This document shows positions 59,978 through 64,000 of a DNA stretch of 64,000 nucleotides, piece after piece (the stretch's first letter is position 1; each line of letters opens with the position of its first letter). The translations under genes and the position numbers were made by a program. The notes under the pieces were generated by a model. The model was not told where the DNA came from, ran no database searches, and was given only the letters and a program-made list of their open reading frames with translations. The DNA comes from an uncultured Bacteriovoracaceae bacterium. GTDB lineage: Bacteria > Bdellovibrionota > Bacteriovoracia > Bacteriovoracales > Bacteriovoracaceae. Where the stretch lies: contig CAXGUD010000008.1 of NCBI GenBank assembly GCA_964012805.1, positions 1-64,000 of the forward strand. The letters run 5' to 3'.

Positions 59978-60940
59978 TTATTCAAGGGAGAATTGAGTCA
60001 TTCGATTAAGGGCTTTTCCCATATCAACAAGAGGATTAAAAGTTTCTTTTTCAAGAACTTTTTTAAAAAAAGTTCTTTGAGACTTTGCAAGTTGTCTTGT
60101 ACTGATATTAATTCTCTCTAAATATGACTTTTGGCTGTCAAATTTACCTTCAATAAATTGTAGAGTTTCTTTGTACCCAATTGACTGAAGAGGCTTTTCA
60201 TCTCCTTTGAAGCCTTCTTTAAGAATCAACTTCACCTCATCAACTAGACCTTCTTTTATCATTTGTTTGGTTCTTTTTTCAATAATAATTTGATGTTGAT
60301 CTTTAGGGATGTCTAGGAAGGAGTGGAAAATTTTCCAATCCTGGGCTCCTCCATCTGAGAAATCATAAGGGTTTTGTGAATCAAGCCTATTTTTTTCAGA
60401 AGATATAGGAGTACCAGTTGTTTGGAAAAACTCAGTCGCTCTTATGATTCGGTAACTATCGTTTGGGTGTAAATGTTCATAAGAGTAGGGGTCATGCTTT
60501 TTTAAAATTTCCAAAAAAGGAGTAATGCCTTCTGTTTGAAAAAGAATTTCATTTTTTTCTTTTAGTTCCATTGGAATAGTTGGACAATCATACATTCCCT
60601 TTATAAGAGAGCGTAAATAAAAGCCACTTCCTCCAACTAAGACTGGGATAATATTATCTTCATGAAGTTTTTGAATAATGGGTATTGTCTTTTTATAATA
60701 ATCTGATGCATTTAATGGATTAGTTATCGAAGTAATATTAACCATGTAGTGAGAGAATTGTTTCAATTCTTTTGCTGTAGGCTTAGCTGTTCCTATATTT
60801 AGCTCATTGTAAAATAAGAGAGAGTCAAAATTAACAATAGCAAAAGGGATGTTTTTTTCTATGCCTTTTTGAATGAGTTCCAAGCTTACTTTTGTTTTTC
60901 CGGATGCAGTTGGACCTGAAATGATAATAACTTTTTTCAA
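59978..60940 (-). CDS. miaA: tRNA dimethylallyltransferase
   Basis: GPTASGKT, IGTAKP, VGGSGFY, SIGYKE and TRQLAKSQRT. Confidence 0.95.
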   Translation of the reverse strand: MKKVIIISGPTASGKTKVSLELIQKGIEKNIPFAIVNFDSLLFYNELNIGTAKPTAKELKQFSHYMVNITSITNPLNASDYYKKTIPIIQKLHEDNIIPVLVGGSGFYLRSLIKGMYDCPTIPMELKEKNEILFQTEGITPFLEILKKHDPYSYEHLHPNDSYRIIRATEFFQTTGTPISSEKNRLDSQNPYDFSDGGAQDWKIFHSFLDIPKDQHQIIIEKRTKQMIKEGLVDEVKLILKEGFKGDEKPLQSIGYKETLQFIEGKFDSQKSYLERINISTRQLAKSQRTFFKKVLEKETFNPLVDMGKALNRMTQFSLE

Positions 60941-60947
60941 GGCTCAA

Positions 60948-62714
60948 TTACCTCTTCTTAAATTGAAATAAGCCCTCAAGGGTTTTTTGATCTAAAAATT
61001 TGAAACTACTCTTTTGAGAGGTGTTTTTTAATTTATTACACATCGCTAAAAAAAACTTTTCACTCAGTTCATAGGACGATGAGGGGATGTTTTCAAGTAA
61101 AAACTCGCGGTTTTCATGAAAAAAGGATGGATTACCACTTAAGTTATTAATTTTATTTTGATTTGAAAGAAATGAGATGGTCAATATAATAGCTTGAATG
61201 AGCTCCTTATAGGGTAATAATTCAAGAAATTGAGGTATTGATCTGAGAATGAGGGTGTCTTCAGCTAGATACTCTAATTCAATTCCAAAATCTTCAAGTG
61301 ATTGGAGGGTTTTTTTGCTAAAGGTGGGACCCAATACAGAAAATGGTTCACTTATAAGTAAGGGAGACTTTTCTTCATTTTTAAAAGGAAAGTGCACTTT
61401 AAAAAAATGGAGGGCATAATCCACAAGGAGCTGTCTTTTATCAACAATAAAAGATGAGCCTTCAGCATCTTTAAAAAGAGAGTACGTAGGGGATAAATAA
61501 AAGTATGTATTTTTGTTTTCAGCGAGTGATTCTTCTTGAGAGTATTTATAGCTGAAGTCTTGCCCAAAAGTCGACTCGGTTTGATTTTGGTTTGATGAAA
61601 AGTAATCTGTAAATGGGTTAGAGTTTAAATGAGAACTGGAAGTATTATTATCATTTAACTTTTTATTTAAAGAAAAGGTTTCTTTTTTTAGCTCTTGGGC
61701 CAGCCCAGAGGATATAAGAGAATAGATGAGAGAGCTTTTTAAAAACTTGATTTGAGTTTTTCTCGGATGGACATTTATATCCATATGATTTTGAGGAAGC
61801 TTAATCTTAATAAGGTAATGACCAGTTGTCCCTTCCTGCCATAAAGAAGACATCGTCCTCAAAATAAGAGCATGTATTGTTTTGTCCGCAAAGAAACGAT
61901 TATTTGCAAAAAGAAATTGGCATTTGTGGGAGTTTCCTTTTGTAGATATCTTTGAAAAATATGCTTCTAGAGAATAATTATCGTAAGAGAATTCTAGTTT
62001 TTTAATTTCTTGGTTTGAGCTACTTCTTTTAAAAAAAACTTTCTGGACTCTTTTCAAATAATTTTCAGAGTTAACGGCATTATAAATTTCCTTATCTCCA
62101 GAATCGAAGGAAATCTTAAATGTTGTCTGAGGAGAAGAGAGTAGGAATGACTGGATTATTTTCCTGATTGCATTTTTTTCTGAGTTTTTGGATTTAATAA
62201 ACTTAAGTCTAACTGGAGTATTATAGAAGAGGTCCTTAATGGAAAGGGTTGTCCCTTGTTTCTCGTTAGAGACTTGGTGGTAAGTCTCTTGTTTTGAACC
62301 ATTGATTACAATCTTTCCACCCATTCCATTATTTTTCGCTGTTTTGCATATGAGTCTAGAGATACTACTAATGCTGGCAAGGGCTTCTCCTCTAAAACCA
62401 AAACTTGACAGGTTATAAAGGTCATCAAGGTTATTAATTTTTGAGGTCGCGTGGCGACAAAATGCATAGGGGAGCTCTTCGTAGCTCATGCCTTTTCCGT
62501 TATCTTTTATACTTATGAGTTCTAATCCATTTTCAATAATATGGACCTCAATTTCAGTAGAGTCTGCATCAAGTGAGTTTTCTATAACCTCTTTAATGAG
62601 TGAAGCGGGCCTTTCTATGACTTCACCCGCTTTGATCTGGTTAACTAAGAACTCGGGGAGAAGATTTATTGAGCAAGTTTCATGTTCACTAGTTGAATGA
62701 TCGGTAATTCTCAT
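60948..62714 (-). CDS. mutL: DNA mismatch repair protein MutL
   Basis: AGEVIERP, ENSLDA, RHATSK, GFRGEAL and DINVHP. Confidence 0.93.
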   Translation of the reverse strand: MRITDHSTSEHETCSINLLPEFLVNQIKAGEVIERPASLIKEVIENSLDADSTEIEVHIIENGLELISIKDNGKGMSYEELPYAFCRHATSKINNLDDLYNLSSFGFRGEALASISSISRLICKTAKNNGMGGKIVINGSKQETYHQVSNEKQGTTLSIKDLFYNTPVRLKFIKSKNSEKNAIRKIIQSFLLSSPQTTFKISFDSGDKEIYNAVNSENYLKRVQKVFFKRSSSNQEIKKLEFSYDNYSLEAYFSKISTKGNSHKCQFLFANNRFFADKTIHALILRTMSSLWQEGTTGHYLIKIKLPQNHMDINVHPRKTQIKFLKSSLIYSLISSGLAQELKKETFSLNKKLNDNNTSSSHLNSNPFTDYFSSNQNQTESTFGQDFSYKYSQEESLAENKNTYFYLSPTYSLFKDAEGSSFIVDKRQLLVDYALHFFKVHFPFKNEEKSPLLISEPFSVLGPTFSKKTLQSLEDFGIELEYLAEDTLILRSIPQFLELLPYKELIQAIILTISFLSNQNKINNLSGNPSFFHENREFLLENIPSSSYELSEKFFLAMCNKLKNTSQKSSFKFLDQKTLEGLFQFKKR

Positions 62715-62761
62715 GATGGGATGCTTTATAAAGTCTATTTGTTAGTGTCATATGGTACACT

Positions 62762-63667
62762 CTAGTCTCTATAAAACTTAACTTGATTTCGTCCACCTTT
62801 TTTTGCTTGATAGACTGATTCGTCTGCCCTTTTAAATAGGTCTGTTCCCGTTTTTACGCCTTTTCTATAGTCTGCGAGTCCAATGGAAGCAGTCACAGGC
62901 ATTTCTTTGCCTTCGTAGATAAATTGATGCTTTTCAATAAGAACTCTTAGTCTTTCCGCAATTTCAAAGGAGTTTTTTATGTTTGTTTTTGGCAACAAAA
63001 TAACGAACTCCTCTCCGCCGTAACGAGCAAAGATATCGAGTTCTCTCACTCCATTAGCTCTTATGAGTTCCGCAAGTTCCTTTAAAACAAAATCCCCTGC
63101 ATCATGGCCAAAATTGTCGTTAAGGTGCTTGAAGTGGTCCAAGTCGAAAATAATGAGGGAGAGTGGGTTTCCTGTTGTTTTACAATTGCCTATTTCATTT
63201 TCCAGAGCTTTGTTAAAATAAGATTTGTTAAAGCATCCAGTGTGCTTGTCTGTATTAGCTTCTTGCTTAAGTTTATCGTAGGTGAGTCTTTCAGGGTCTC
63301 CTTTGGGTAGATATTTCAGAGCAATACTACCAATTTTAATCATATCCCCTTTTTCAAGGGTTGTTGGTCCGCTAATTTTTTTATTGTTGACGAAAGTGCC
63401 ATTCTTGGACCCTAGATCTTCTATGACAACCGTATTTTCCTCCATGACAATTTTAAAATGATTTCTAGAAATTCCACCAAACTCAAGCTGAATTTGATTA
63501 TTTGAATTTCTTCCAGCGGTAATTTCGTTTTCTAGAAGGTCAAAAAGAGTTCCATTAAGATCTCCACCCACGATTAAGAGGGCCGGAGGTTGATTTTTAG
63601 CTTCGCTTTCTGCGCTTCCCAAAGCTGATTTGATATCTTTAAGAACAATAGTTGAATCATCGGCCAT
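62762..63667 (-). CDS. FHA-GGDEF diguanylate cyclase (DgcB-like)
   Basis: FHA motifs GR, SRNH, NGT; GGEEF active site and RELD I-site. Confidence 0.9.
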   Translation of the reverse strand: MADDSTIVLKDIKSALGSAESEAKNQPPALLIVGGDLNGTLFDLLENEITAGRNSNNQIQLEFGGISRNHFKIVMEENTVVIEDLGSKNGTFVNNKKISGPTTLEKGDMIKIGSIALKYLPKGDPERLTYDKLKQEANTDKHTGCFNKSYFNKALENEIGNCKTTGNPLSLIIFDLDHFKHLNDNFGHDAGDFVLKELAELIRANGVRELDIFARYGGEEFVILLPKTNIKNSFEIAERLRVLIEKHQFIYEGKEMPVTASIGLADYRKGVKTGTDLFKRADESVYQAKKGGRNQVKFYRD

Positions 63668-63813
63668 TATAGTACCTTTGTCTAAGCAATTATTTAAGTT
63701 AGAGTTTTCAGCTTGGCTTTTATGGTATCACTTGGCTTAATTAGAACAAAGAGGATAGAACTTTCCTAGAAATAGCAAAGTGTCTATCCTCAAAATTTGT
63801 GAGGGAATTGAGA

Positions 63814-64000
63814 TTAACTTTCTTCTTTTCCTAAAAGGGTTTTTGCAATAATCATGATCATAATTTCGTTTGTTCCAGCGCCAATTTCATTAAGTTTATT
63901 ATCTCTCAAAAACCTCTCTACAGGAAATTCTCTACTATAGCCATAACCACCATGAAGTTGAATGGCATCAAGAGCGATTTTTGTGGCCATCTTAGGAATC
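63814..64000 (-). CDS. acyl-CoA dehydrogenase, C-terminal fragment cut by the window edge
   Basis: manual translation ..[36 protein letters not shown].. Confidence 0.9.
   Translation of the reverse strand, partial: IPKMATKIALDAIQLHGGYGYSREFPVERFLRDNKLNEIGAGTNEIMIMIIAKTLLGKEES

Overview
AT-rich chromosomal window of mostly housekeeping and accessory genes. By inference from gene content (DgcB-like FHA-GGDEF cyclase, GYF and PilZ proteins, TGase-elicitor-like secreted protein, long MlaD) it is probably from a Bdellovibrionota (Bacteriovoracia-like) bacterium. It carries gshA, acnA, cmoAB, a trimmed rpmF-fabD-fabG-acpP-fabF-glyA-nusB cluster, aroK-alr-mlaEFD, lptE-holA, rpsT, hbd-crt and thiolase, an Nramp-like/MgtE-N pair, miaA-mutL and one tRNA-Asp(GTC). 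I saw no CRISPR array, integrase or transposase. Main leads: (1) a DEAD-box helicase fused to a full Jag_N-KH-R3H (KhpB/EloR-like) module with a possible internal start; (2) an orphan plasmid-type ParA operon with two small, apparently membrane-targeted partners and no ParB; (3) a secreted transglutaminase-like protein with six 26-aa polycationic repeats and ankyrins; (4) a gene split by an A14 tract that fuses on -1 slippage; (5) two genes that seem to need ATT or ATA start codons; (6) a PilZ / pseudo-hydrolase / lipoprotein / Ser-Thr kinase cluster near the FHA-GGDEF cyclase. All calls come from reading motifs by eye; no searches were run.
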